From: Octopus vulgaris
Lineage: Eukaryota
Direction: 5' to 3'
DNA: 64,000 nucleotides
Assembly (NCBI GenBank): GCA_951406725.2
Contig: OX597828.1
Coordinates: forward strand, 65,162,001-65,226,000
Numbering within the stretch: position 1 is the first letter of the stretch; each line of letters opens with the position of its first letter. This document shows positions 40,204-53,428 of the stretch, in pieces. Both the position numbers and the translations under genes were made by a program. The notes under the pieces were generated by a model. That model saw nothing but the letters and a program-made list of their open reading frames with translations, had not been told where the DNA came from and ran no database searches.

Positions 40204-41360
40204 GTTATGTATGTATGTATGTATGTATATAGCAAGTGCAGAAATACAATATATATGTGCACGCACGTGACTGCGAGTGTGTGTGTGTTTGTGTGTGTGT
40301 AAATGTGCAAAACACAGCAAGAAAGGGATAAGTAAAGGAAGAGACAAGCAAACAAGCAAAACTCACAGTATATGTTATAATTGTTTCGGAGAGCTGTGGA
40401 AAGAAAGAATGGAAACTTAAAGAGGCGGGGAGATGTGGTGGAATGTTTAAGTAAATATATTCAAAAGTAGATCTCCAATAAATAATGTAGTTGATGTCCA
40501 TCATGGTCGGAGTAGAAGTAAATTTATTGCCACACAATATAGTCAACAATTCTTTCGTTCTCTGTAACTAAGCAATAATGAAACATTCAAGTGACTAATG
40601 GAAACGCATTCTCTAAATAACCCGCTTTGTAATATGCGCCTGAGAACCAATGTGTTTGCGTGCGTGTTTGTGTGTGTGAGACAGAGTGTGTGCATGTCTA
40701 TCTTGTGTATAAAATGAGTATAGAAATGTAACTGTTGGAAGAATGTTTATCAACCTGCCAAATAAAGGGCGTCGCCCATCACGCGTTTTCTGTGCCGGAA
40801 GTTTTCTATCAACGCTGCTATAGTCGTGCTGTGTCGTCGATAAGTCTTTTTCTCTGTCTTTCTATGTCACTCTCTTCTCTCTGTCTCGGCCTTTTCTCTG
40901 TCCTTCTATCTCTCTGCCTTCTCTCTATCTTTCTATCTCTTAAACTTCTCTCTCGCTCTCTCTCGGTCCATCTCCTTATATACGCACACATACACACAAA
41001 TATACAATAAATAATAATGGACACGCGCGCACGTATACACACATCCACATGTACAAACATTGCAGATATGTGTGTGTAGGATTATTTTAAGCTGTTTTTC
41101 CTTTCTTTCCATAGCAGAATTCTAGCCAGTTGCTGACCAAACGGCAAAGCTCTTTTCTTAGATTCAAAAGATTTATTGGGGTTTCTGGTTACCTAGATTG
41201 TTTGATGTGTATATATGCGTGCATGTCGTATGGTTGCGCGTGTCGTTGTATACATGCGCGTGTTCTTGCACGGGTATGCTTCTGGTTAAATTTGCACTCG
41301 CTGGTGTGTGTATCACAACAGAACTCACGGGTACATCTTTCGCTCTCGTTTATGCATATA

Positions 41361-41745
41361 GGCGCAGGAGTTCCTGTGTAGTAAGAAGCTTGCTTACCAA
41401 CCACATGGTTCCGGTTTCAGTCCCACTCTGTGGCACCTTGGGCAAGTGTCTTCTACTATAGCCTTGGGCCGACCAAAGCGAGTGGATTTGGTAGACGGAA
41501 ACTGAAAGAAGCCCGTCGTATATATGTATATATGTATGTGTGTCTATGTTTGTCCCCACAACATCGCTTGACAACTGATGCTGGTGTGGTTATGCCCCCG
41601 TAACTTAGCGGTTCGGCAAAAGAGACCGATAGAATAAGTACTAGGCTTACAAAGAATAAGTCCTGGGGGCGATTTGCTCGACTAAAAGCGGTGATCCAGC
41701 ATGGCCACAGTCAAATGACTGAAACAAGTAAAAGAATAAAAGAGT
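41361..41745 (+). mobile_element. SINE family C, full length
   Basis: Same head, core and tail. Confidence 0.92.
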
Positions 41746-42068
41746 ATACGTGTTTATGTACTCCTCGTACCTAAACAGCAATGAAATATTCACACTTGTG
41801 AGGGACAACCCACTTTGCATTTAACATAGCTTTCGTCAGTGTCATAGTTGATGTGGAAGTTACCTGTCATTGCTTGTATCTTCTTAATTCTAATGCCCAA
41901 TTTACGAATTTCATTACATGTTTAGTTTAATGTCACAAATATGCCAGTACTGCGAAAGCCATTGTGCCCGTGAAGGAAATTTGCTTTTGGGGTGCAAACC
42001 CAGGTTAAAATCTTTTTACGAACAAGATGGATTTTCCAATTTTGACATCAAAACCAACTTACTTATAT

Positions 42069-42362
42069 ACATGCTGGATATAGACGTCGAATCGTTATTT
42101 TCCACGAAGAATGTGTTCTCAAATAAAAACTCAGCACAATTGTGTTTGAATACGACAGACTATGCTGATGAGATTGCAGATTTCCACGTATCCATAGGCA
42201 TGGATATTAACAATCGAAACTGATCGGTACATAGGTAATCGTTATTATTTCGTATATTTTCATTTGTCTTGCTTGTTTTTTACGCTTTGGTTTGTGCTGA
42301 GTTTTTATTTGAGAACACATTCTTCGTGGAAAATAGCGATTTGACGTCTATATCTAGCATGT
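42069..42362. repeat. 71-bp inverted repeat arms (42069-42139, 42292-42362) enclosing a hammerhead
   Basis: ACATGCTGGATATAGACGTCGAATCGTTATTTTCCACGAAGAATGTGTTCTCAAATAAAAACTCAGCACAA and its reverse complement, three mismatches. Confidence 0.93.
42160..42234 (+). ncRNA. Type I hammerhead ribozyme
   Basis: Stem I CTATG/CATAG; CTGATGA 42165-42171; stem II GATTG/CAATC; GAAAC 42216-42220; stem III ACT-GATC-GGT; cleavage triplet GTA 42227-42229. Confidence 0.85.
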
Positions 42363-42410
42363 TGACCGTCCACTTTTAGCGGTCAGTCCTTTATATATAT
42401 ATATATATAT

Positions 42411-42530
42411 CCTGAAAGGATGAAAGGCAAAGTCGACCTCGGCGGAATTTGAACTCAGAATGTAACGGCAGACGAAATACCGCTAAGCATTTCGCCCGGC
42501 GTGCTAACATTTCTACTAGCTCGTCGCCCT
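42411..42530 (-). mobile_element. SINE family A 5' half
   Basis: Head and part of core, ending in (TA)n. Confidence 0.85.
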
Positions 42531-43486
42531 CGTCTTGTACAATATTGAAACAAGGCGAATCTTACATCAACTCACATACACAGGCGTGTGTGTGTGTGTG
42601 TGTATTTTTATCCTTTTAACGATAGTACTGCAGCCATACTGGAGTACCGCCTTAATCTATTTTCTATTAGTTTTGTTGTTGCTTTTTGACCGGAAGGCTA
42701 GCATGCAACACCACACCACTCCAGTTCGAGAACAAAACAACAGAACCATTTACACATACTCTGAGTTAGTCCGAGTGTGAGGGTCAGCACCATCCATATT
42801 CTGACTTTTAGTTTTAAGTTCGTTAATATCGGAATTTATTGTAGTATAAATTTTGTTAAACATTAGATTTACTATTTCAGAATTTGTTGCCTTTCCAATT
42901 TATTAACAAGGATTTATTCATTGAAGCAATGTTTCTATGAAATTCTATCATGCATGCAACTCTATTTCTTTCAATATCGATATTTTTCTCTGTTTAATGC
43001 TCTAATGTTCTATTACATAACTTAATATAAATATGAATATACGCTTAAAAATAAATATTTAAGCGTCTAATATACATGCCAACATACACCAGCACACATG
43101 CACACATACATGACTGCTTTAACATTATTCCACATGACATTCTTAGGTCAAATCCTACTGTGGCCGACTTTGCTTTCATCAAGCCGGATTCAATTAAAAT
43201 ATTGTATATGTCATGTACAACGAGTTGATGTCATTGACTAGATCCCTTTCCTAAAAACTGTTGGCTTTCATGCCTATATTGCAAATTATTATTAAGTGTG
43301 GTGGATCTGCAGAAACTTTAGAACGCTGGAAACATGCTTCGCGGAATTTCTTCCGGTTCTCGACGTTCTGAGTTCAAATCCAAACGAGGAGTGCCAGTGA
43401 AGTATGGGAGCGGATAGTGTCGAATAATTCTTCCCTCAAATACTTATAATTAAAAAATTATCAGTATTATTAATGAATGCATTTAA

Positions 43487-43622
43487 GACGGCGAGCTTGT
43501 TAAGTAGTTAGTACGCTGGACGAAATGCGAGCTGGCAGAAACGTTAGCACGCCGGGTGAAATGCTTAGCAGGATTTCGTCTGCTGCTACGTTCTGAGTTC
43601 AAATTCCGCCGAGGTCGACTCT
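43487..43622 (+). mobile_element. Nested SINE family A heads
   Basis: An older head ending GACGAAATGC runs directly into a younger GAGCTGGCAGAAACG head. Confidence 0.75.
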
Positions 43623-43964
43623 GATTCACAGCTCGACAAAATATCCCTCACTCCGTTTCTTATATCCTGGATGTTGACGACGAGTGTGTCTCTGGATGCT
43701 CACCACTGCATGGGCACAATCATAAGCGGAACTTTAGTAAAGTTGGTACCAGTCATCATGCATTGCTACTTACAGTTGTACTCATGTTTCCATGTGTCCG
43801 CTTCATGTTTAATTCTTATCTTCGCATTACGAATCTTTCGTTCACTTCCATTACACTGTATAACCCTCTTTTTGTCCTAGGGCAGTAACTGCTATTCCCT
43901 ATTTGCTTTCCCTTAGAAAGTATGAAAAATGGCTAATATTTCCTCCAAACTTTGCTTTTATTAT

Positions 43965-44135
43965 ATTTATCAAACCCCAAAACATCCCACTCAACACATG
44001 GCTATGATGTTTCCCCACCACTCCTGCTTATGATCAGAGATGCACATATTGTCATCCACTAAAGGGACATGCTCAAGTGGTTAAGGTCAAACAATTGACA
44101 AACAAATTTGTGGTCTTGAGCAGAATATTTGCTAT
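43965..44135 (-). repeat. Fragment of the interspersed repeat seen at 52974-53428
   Basis: TGATCAGAGATGCACATATTGTC..CCACTAAAGGGACATGCTCAA..TTGAGCAGAATATTTGCT shared. Confidence 0.8.
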
Positions 44136-44679
44136 AACGATATTTCTGCTTCAGCAACTCAGCTTCAGCGACTTCAGTGCTGAATATGTCTGAAGTGTAA
44201 TACAAAATAGGTCCGCTTCAAAACATTGATGCCCAGGTCTCAAAAGCAAAGTTTGAAGGGAATAGAAGTCGTTTCCTTTGATTTCTGAGTAGAAGGAAAT
44301 AGGAAATACCACTTACTGAACAAAGACAGAAAAAAAATATAATAGTTTTGTCACACAGTGATATGTGCATATGTACTGAGGAATGAAAGTATATTTGTGA
44401 GTGTGTCTATGTGTTCTTCAGTGTATGTATGTGGGTCTATACGCCAGGAGTGTGTTTCTCTGTGCGTATGTGTGTGTATATATAATTAGTTCATGGGTTA
44501 TTTACTTAATATTCATTTTTATTCGCTACGCCTCATTTTCTCCGGCAATTTAAACAAACGCCCTTTCCCTTACACTCCTTAGTTGCTATCACAACCCCTT
44601 TCTGCTCCTCATTCTATCACTATCTTTCTTATTCTTTTGTTTTCCGCGCTCCCTTTTTGTCTCCCTCCCTTTCTCTTAC

Positions 44680-44975
<296 letters not shown>

Positions 44976-45244
44976 ATGTATGTATACCTCTCAAACATTA
45001 AACTATTATAAAGCAAGCCAGACTTCAAACAGGTTACAATGATTTATGGACGAAACATACATAACTTTCCGGTCACAAAATTTAATTTATTTTTCCATTC
45101 TTAGACTATTAAATGACAAAACCATACGACAATTTTATGTGCATGCCAACATAAAGACATTTCTGCATGCTAACATAAAGACATTTGTACATGTATGTAT
45201 ATATATTTAAATGCCATACGAGTATGTGCGTGTGTGTAATATAA

Positions 45245-45278
<34 letters not shown>

Positions 45279-46369
45279 ATTTATTCTTTTATTCTTTAAG
45301 AAGTATCAATCATTGGACTGCGGTCATACTGGGGCATCCCTGTTATGACTTTTATTCGATTATATCGACAGCAATACTAATTTTAGTCACGCGCATATTT
45401 CATCGATCTGTATTTCTTACAAAGATAACTCAGGGGTCATAAAATGACACAACACAATTACACGCACGAATGCGCATAACTTTATGCATAACAAAATATC
45501 TACGTATGTTCCAGACTGTATTCTACAGTTTTGCAACAAGATAGATGCAATTTTGTGCGAGTGCGCGTTTTTTCAAGCAGCCACCTTTGGAAATAACAAA
45601 ATCCCAGCCAACAAATACGATCAGATACAAGCAAAATCTGAATGCAAAACACAAGCTTGAAATGTAAATATACTGGTGACAAATCCATTACTTATTATCT
45701 AGTCTTCATCAGTGTTAAGTAGGTTCAATAAACAACTTTTAAGTTAGGCACTAAGCCAGCAGTTTTGAGTTGAGAGGATTAGTTGTAACCACCGACCTCA
45801 GTATTTGACTTCCATTTCCTTTCATTGACGCATACTGGATGAGTGCAAGAATTGTACAGAAGCACACATCAAAAGTGGAAATCGGTGATCTTGAGCTCGG
45901 CACCTGGAGAGGCAAGTCTCAGCGGACAGGCGGCTCTTTTTATAGGTGGACCGAGGGCCCTATTAATGTCCTCAGAGTTTGATTAGGACCTAACTTTCTG
46001 ATTCAGTCTTAACCTGACGCCAAGTAAAAACTTGGGAGCAGAGTGGACAATCTCGCTCAGAAATAAGTCAAGAGGAAGTTTTCTCTTAATTGTTGGTCAG
46101 TAACTGCTAATATCTAAATCGCCTCAGTCGTATGCAACCGCCAGATCGTCACACACTGTCCCAATAACTATATGAACAGACTGGAACGCTTGCTGTTCAG
46201 CTTCTTATGAAAGTGAGCTTCTACTATTCAGGAAATCCTCCGTTGCCAACTTCCATTCTGTGGTAGTCTTAGGAAGGCGTTGCTGATGATACACAAGCAT
46301 ACACTCAAGCGGATGCAACTGCAGCAAAATTTTGACCTATTCGATGATGACAAAAACGAAGATGAACTG

Positions 46370-46970
46370 GCGTGGAGGCCTTTCGTGTGACACAACTTTC
46401 CGTAGCTCGTCTCTTTATGGAAGGGCAATCGTGATTCTGGCGTGGACCGAGGGTGGTTTTTGACATATACAATATTGTCAGGAATTCACAGCATTCAATG
46501 AAATAGTCAATGTCTTCGGTCATGGGAAAACGACTCACGCATTCGGTGAAAGTAGTGGAAGGTCGGAGCAGCGATGGCTTGGGGACGCCTCAGGCCATCG
46601 ACGAAAGCAACCTCTTCTGGAGAACTTTCAAGTCGTTGTCAATGGACAACTGCAAAAAATCCCTGGCATTGTAGTGCTATCTGCGATCGTTACTTTTTCG
46701 AGACAATCTCTACATTTACAGCACTAAAACCTGTCGCACCTAACCTAAACATCTAAGCACATTGGACGATGAAATCGTTCAGCATACTATTGAATTTTGT
46801 CTGTGCGTTACCGATTTACGAACTTGCCTCAAATAATTGATGGTGTATAGAGGACGAGTCTAGCTATCCTGCGAGTCTTTAACAAAAATCTATCTACCAT
46901 CTTTCTTTGGCAGGGAAGAGCTGTTGATCTTCCTGTATGACAAAAGTTGTGCCGGGGAGCCTTGTCTGAA
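46370..46970 (-). mobile_element. Possible decayed Ty3/gypsy pol remnant
   Basis: LPKKDGR*IFVKD near 46900 and RFPMTEDIDY..FLTILYMSK..CVTRK near 46535-46380, but spacing is longer than expected. Confidence 0.3.
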
Positions 46971-47405
46971 GGGTTTTAAAGATAGTCATTTTCCTTTCTG
47001 GCAAAACCCTCATTAACTGAAAGTGGTACTTGAAGAAGAAAAGGATAGAAATGGAAGCGCTGCTTTCTAGTGTTTAACGAAAGGCAAGTTGGGTCAGTTC
47101 GAGCTAAAGACTGGCGAGGTTGAACGGGTCCATACTTTCGAACGGGTCTGCCACTAGAATGGGTTGAAAGCATTTTTGATCATTTGAATGCTGCAGAATA
47201 ATGAAGGCCTTTCTGTTGCATATGCTCCTAATTGCTGTAAAGAGTTCTTCTCTCTATTAGGTAATTTTTCTTGTGGAAATTTCTATTATTATTGTATCTT
47301 TTTTTATGACTTCATTTTGGTCGATATGAAAGCCACAATAAGTAATCTCCTTTTCGATCTTGTCATATCTTAAAGTCCTGAACGCGGCCAACAGAAAAAG
47401 AAATA

Positions 47406-47483
<78 letters not shown>

Positions 47484-47719
47484 TCTTGATATTACGTCAT
47501 TCCCAATGTCATTTACACACACACTCATAATATAATAAATAATAATATACACACTGATATAATAAATAATAATAATATATATATATATATATCATAACAT
47601 TACAATCTACCTCAGTAGACTAGCAGAAGTTTCCAAGCGTCGGACAGGATGCCTTCCGGTGTCTTCTGAGTTTTTGTGTGTGTGTGTGTGTTGCAAGGGC
47701 AAAGTCTTCGACTACACCA

Positions 47720-47892
47720 ATACTTTTCTACTCTAGGCACAAGGACCGAATTTTGGGGGGAGGGGACCAGTCTATTAGATCAACCCCAGTACGCAACTGG
47801 TATTTAATTCATCGACCCCGAAAGGATGAAAGGCAAAGTCGACCTCGACGGAATTTGAACTCGGAGCGTAAAGACAGACGCAGCTCGCCTCC
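47720..47892 (-). mobile_element. SINE family A copy with internal deletion
   Basis: Core and short tail; head collapsed to GGCGAGCTG. Confidence 0.85.
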
Positions 47893-48695
47893 TTATCGAC
47901 TACACCAATTGCAAGCTGTCTGATCTTGACGTTTGCCATGGACATCTGATACATGGAGAGGGCAGATACGCTTGGAGGGTGAACTACTAGACTAATACAA
48001 GGAAGAACATTTCTCAGGCGTATGTCTTGGAGAGGAACTTTCTAGGTTCATAGTCTCGCGAGAAAAACGGAGACCATCAGCACACACACATACACACTCG
48101 TATAGGTACATATGTATAAGTATATATATGTATGCGTTTATGTATGTATGTGCATATGTAGGTATGGATGTATGTATTACGTGCTCAGTTATGTTTGCAT
48201 GTCTTAGATAAAGCAACATGTACTGTTATTTGTAGAACATTTCTTCTTGAATATCAATGTGGTTTGTGACTGCTTGTAGGCGTGTGCGCGTGCGTGTGTT
48301 TCTATGTGTACACGTACTGTGTGTCAGAGAGAGATATTGAATATATAAAAGGGTTATGTTAGCCTTTCTTTTATAATACAATATAATATTTGACCCAAAT
48401 TGTGTCTCAACATCTGGTGCTGAAATGATAATTGTATAGTGTATTTAAGTCTAAAATATCGTTCTGACACATTACTAAAGTTTCGAATTTCTTTTGCTCG
48501 TTCATCAACGAATAAGGAATCGAAATTCCGCCCTTTACTGTCATAAATGAAAATCCATCGTTCTTTCTCAATGAAAAGCAAAAAAGCACACTGAGCCAAT
48601 GAATTCATGAATGCCTTGATAAAGCTGTGCGTTTTCACTTGATGGTTTATGCGTAACGTCTGAATAATCTCTTGAAGATGCGTAAGTGCATTATA

Positions 48696-49000
48696 ATGGA
48701 GGCGCAATGGCCCAGTGGTTAGGGCAGCGGACTCGCGGTCGAAGGATCACGGTTTCGATTCCCAGACTGGGCATTGTGAGTGTTTATTGAGCGAAAACAC
48801 CTAAAGTTCCACGAGGTTCCGGCAGGGGTGGTGGCGACCCCTATTGTACTCTTTCGCCCCAACTTTTTCCTACTCTTTCTTCCTGTTTCATGAGTAACGC
48901 TGCGATGGACTGACGTCCCGTCCAGCTGGTGGGGTGGGGGAACACATACGCCATAGAAACCGGAAAACCGGGCCCATGAGCCTGGTTAAGATTGAAAAGG
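48696..49000 (+). mobile_element. SINE family B, variant subfamily
   Basis: tRNA-like head, V-like CTGCGATGGACTGACGTCCCGTCCAG; 10-bp TSD GTGCATTATA at 48686-48695 and 49001-49010. Confidence 0.9.
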
Positions 49001-49542
49001 GTGCATTATATATTTTTGAAATCTAGTGAGTGAATATACGAGGTGTACATACTTGTGTGTTTGTATTTATATTGGAAAATTGAAACCACGCATTTGTGCT
49101 GATGTGCATGTGTGTGTATGTGTGTGTGTGTGTATGTGTGTGTGTGTGTTCTCGTCTGTGTTTCATGTTTATTGACATAACAGATATAAACACAATTGTT
49201 ATTTACAAAATATAACTATTCACGTCTAAAGTACAAATAGGCTCAAGAACGAATTCAATTGTTGAGGTACATCCATATGCACTGCCATGATAATTATTAA
49301 TATATATATAAAAGCAGAATTAAAGCAACAAGGAACAGACTGTGGGGTATAAACCTAAATTAATAAACAGGAGGTAAAAATTATATACATAATTAGTTAA
49401 TTAAATAGTTGACAATTAATGCACACTTATTCAGTTTTACCATCGTTTATAAACTATGTATTTCTTATTAAATGTGTGCAAACAATATAACTGACTGGGT
49501 TAGTGAGGTTAGTGGAAATCTATCAAAGAGTAATAAAAGCTT

Positions 49543-49790
49543 TTCACAGAGAAGCCAAAAGCTAACCATAAGTGTCAAGAAGACAGGTGTTGTCAGGTAA
49601 TTTATTGAGAGAAACACAGTGTTGTGCTGTTCACGGAACCACTCACACGAAAAATAGTACTTAAGAGCCTCTCGCAGAGAAGCTAACAGCTAACCATACC
49701 TTGAAAAGAGACAGGTGTCAGCTGATAATTTATTTATTAAAACATATTGCTGTGTCACTGAACAACTCACATGAAAAAGTAGAGTTAATT
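49543..49790. repeat. Diverged tandem duplication, unit about 130 bp
   Basis: CAGAGAAGC..AGCTAACCATA..AGACAGGTGT..TAATTTATT..ACTCACA occurs twice. Confidence 0.7.
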
Positions 49791-49919
49791 GAGGGTTGAA
49801 AGAGGCGCGTTGCGTTTGCTTAATCAGGACTTCTTTACTGTAACACAGAAATAGCAACTGTAGGTGGTGAGGCATCTTAACTCCTTACTATGTTTTATCG
49901 TTCCCCTTTTCGTTACTAG

Positions 49920-50248
49920 GGTACTACTAGCGAACAGTAGTCCCTGTGCACGCCCACGCGCATCCGCGCTAGCTAGTCGTAAGTAGTCGATCCTAAATAA
50001 TTTTTCAAACTAAGTAAATAAATTATTTTTATAAACAAACTAATGTTAGGGGTAAGATTAGGTTTCGGGTTAGGGTTTAAAAAATTAGGTTTAGGGTTAG
50101 GTTTAGGGTTAAGTTTAGGGTTAAGGTTAGGGTTAGGTTTAGGGTTAGAGATAAAAAGTCGTTGTAGGATCGACTACTTACGACTAGCTAGCACGGATGC
50201 GCGAGTACGCGTGTGCGCGTACCGGGACCTCTGTTCGCTAGTAGTACC
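49920..50248. mobile_element. MITE (Merlin- or Mutator-like) with internal telomere-like repeats
   Basis: TIRs about 75-80 bp starting GGTACTACTAGCGAACAG; 9-bp TSD CGTTACTAG at 49911-49919 and 50249-50257; TTAGGG/TTAGGT units 50045-50150. Confidence 0.9.
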
Positions 50249-50402
50249 CGTTACTAGTTTCTAAAACCTGTTAATAGCCATGTTTTGGAAAGCCACACCC
50301 CTCAACTATTCTACCAGTATCTGAAACCTAAGAGTGATAGAAATGTTGAAGACAGTAAAGTGATCGGTGGATCATATGCATTCCATTATTTACTTGTATT
50401 TA

Positions 50403-50615
50403 AGGCGACGAGCTGGCGGGATCTTTAGTGCACTGGACGAAACGTTTGGCTGTATTTCGCCCGTCGCTACATTTGAGTTCAAATTCCACCAAGGTCGATT
50501 TTGCCTTTCATCCTTTCAAGGTCAATAAATTAAGTATCAGTGAAACACTGGGGCCGATGTAATCGACTCATCACCACCCCTAAAACTGCTACCCTTGTGG
50601 CAAAACTCGAAACCA
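50403..50615 (+). mobile_element. SINE family A copy
   Basis: Head, core and short tail. Confidence 0.82.
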
Positions 50616-50843
50616 TAATTTACTTATTTATAAATAAATGTGTTTGTGTACGTGTGGTGTATATATATATGTGTATATGTATGTATGTCATTATTCGGTT
50701 TTTATTCAAGGTTTCTTGCCAATAGAAAAGTCAGCTTCTAACTTAGATTCAAGGATTCTTCATTAGAATTTCATCAACATCAACAGGGTGTTCTTGCAAG
50801 TATGAGTGTATATGCGCAGTATTTGGAGTCGGGTGTGTGCAGA

Positions 50844-51242
50844 TACTCTACTCTTTACTCTTTTACTTGTTTCAGTCATTTGACTTCGGCCATGCTGGAG
50901 CACCACCTTTAGTCGAGCAAATCAACCCCAGGACTTATTCTTTGTAAGCCTAGTACTTATTCTATCACTCTCTTTTGCCGAATCGCTAAGTTACAGGGAC
51001 GTAGACACACCAACATCGTTTGTCAAGCGATGTGGGGGAGACAAACACAGACACACAAACAAACACGCACACACACACACATACATATATACGACGGACT
51101 TTTTCAGTTTCCGTCTACCAAATCCACTCACAAGGCTTTGGTCGGCCCGAAGCTATAGTAGAAGACACCTGCCCAAGGTGCCACGTAGTGAGACTGAACC
51201 CGGTACCATGTGCTTGGTAAGCAAGCTACTTATCACACAGCC
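50844..51242 (-). mobile_element. SINE family C copy
   Basis: Same core and tail. Confidence 0.9.
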
Positions 51243-52767
51243 TTGTTTTATTTATGTATCCTAATGCATATAGTTTATCATTTAAGTGTCTAGACATGCT
51301 CATGATAAACTTCTAGAAAGTTTTGCAAATTTTTACAGTCCCAGTGATGGATTGGATCTATATCGTAAGTATGTATGTATGTATATATGTATGTATGTAT
51401 ATATGTATGTATGTATCTATGTATGTATTGTCAGCTGTACACCATCTCCATAATTTCAACAACTATAGTTTTCCCTCTATTCCTCTGTAATCGATAAACT
51501 AAACTCTAATAATATACTGATGTCGATTAATAATAATTAGCCTCGTATATTTATATATATATATATATATATGAAAACCAACGTTATTAATGATTATCAG
51601 GTCTTGTAATCTCTATATTCCTCGGATGAGTACAATGCATGTTTTGTTATTAATTTTGCGGAAATACCATTAAATTTTCTGTTTATATTAAATTTTATCA
51701 GCTGTTATGACTATGCTTTGTAGTTGACGTCCTGCTTTTATTGCATTGTATGTGGCCTATACAGAGAACATCTGATGAAATGAGAAGAGTATATTTGAGA
51801 ATTGTGCTATGATATAGACTATGCTATTGTTTATATATTTGTCTTCATACATTTTTTAATTACCACAAAACACTGATTAGTATTGCTCATGTTAGCATCG
51901 TTCATTGTGGAAGTTCTTGTATTTTGATATTTTATCTATTCCTTTACAAATTATGCTTCTGCCGCAAGATATAGAGATTTCCATTAGAAAACAAAAGCTA
52001 TTAGGCTGTATTTTCCCAATATATTTAGCAGTTTATCTCTAATTCGGCGGAATACAATTTTTGGTTTATATTGACAAATTTGGAAATATTGGAATATTGC
52101 TTTCCCAATGTAAACATATAACATATTCTGATTCCAGCGGAACTTAGATCCAGAGATGACGTAATTTCTTCTCTTTAGTTCATATAAAGGAACGAATAAG
52201 CAAATATTGCTATGTTCTTTAATTCTATAGTTCGTTTTAGCTACAATAGCTAAGGCCATGTTGGATCTTCACCTTGCATAAATTGATAAAGATTTAAATG
52301 AGACAGTTATAACTGAGAAGACGGCAGTTGAAATACCAAGGGGAGAGAGACGGACAGTGTGTTCGTGTGTGTGCCAAAGTCAGTGAAAGAGAGAGAGAAG
52401 TACTGCATATATCAGTTTTTTTAAAAATAAAACTATTAACAGTATTACGTTGGCATAGCTTCAATCGTCTAGCTGCCACCTCACGCCACATAAAATAGTT
52501 TTGTACCGGGTTCAAATTAACATTATCATTATTGTTATTGGCAGAAACCTAAAGCATCACTCAAAACGCCTTGCGGTTTTCAGTCCCTCCCTTAATGTTC
52601 TGAGTTCGAATCTTACAAAAGCCAACTTAACCTTTCGTCCTTACGAGGTCCATAAAATAGGTAGTAATCAAGTACTATGATCGTTGTAATCGACTAGTCC
52701 CCTACCCTCAAAACAGCTGGACGTATGTCTAAAAAATATTTTAAAATATCATTATTATTATTATTAC

Positions 52768-52942
52768 TCCCGTGGCTTTTATGGGTTTTCCCACGAGTAA
52801 CCTTTCGAAGCGCCTTCCTTTATTGGGAGTTTTAGTTGTTACTTATTTTCGTTGTTATTGCACATTTTTTACACGGATTTTTTGTTTTGTCCCTTTATGT
52901 TTTAATTGATTTTTGTTAGCCCTTGTGGCCAATAAACGAATT
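52768..52942 (+). mobile_element. LINE-like 3' UTR fragment inserted in (ATT)n
   Basis: Ends TTAGCCCTTGTGGCCAATAAACGAA, the same terminal motif as the family A long tail; ATCATTATTATT on both sides. Confidence 0.6.
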
Positions 52943-52973
52943 AATCATTATTATTATTATTATTATTATTATT

Positions 52974-53428
52974 GAGTGAGAGAGCAGTGCATGCCATCAA
53001 AGTGACACTGGGGTAAAATATACGAAACCCAGTATACCCATCATGACTACCCGTCTGATAAGGGTACACTAGGCACATGCATCACAACCATATGTGCGCG
53101 ACATGGTGATCTCATATCAAAATAAACAGCACATGACCTTGCAGGTGGGGCCCAGTTAGAATTTTCTTCAGGTCGAGTAACCATCCCACTCGAAAGGTCC
53201 CTGAATAAGGGTTGTTTAAGGATGTTGAACGAAACACCCATGTTTCCAGAGGTGAATTATTCAAGCCCCAAAGAATCCCCCACTACTTCTGCTCGTGATC
53301 AGAGAAGCACATATCGTCAGCCACTAAGGGACATGCTCAACTGGTTAAAGTCAAACAACTGACAAGCAAATCTGTGGTATTGAGCAGAATATTTGCTGTA
53401 GCCCATCTTTTATACCAAGACAAAACAA
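52974..53428 (-). mobile_element. Interspersed repeat abutting (AAT)n, family unassigned
   Basis: Second partial copy at 43965-44135; orientation inferred from the (AAT)n tract. Confidence 0.6.

Noticed and set aside
40760-40830. Promoter with ETS motif CCGGAAGT
   Set aside because: A single motif in a short CpG-richer patch is not sufficient evidence.
50045-50150. True telomere or chromosome fusion site
   Set aside because: Short, degenerate and enclosed by TIRs and a TSD.
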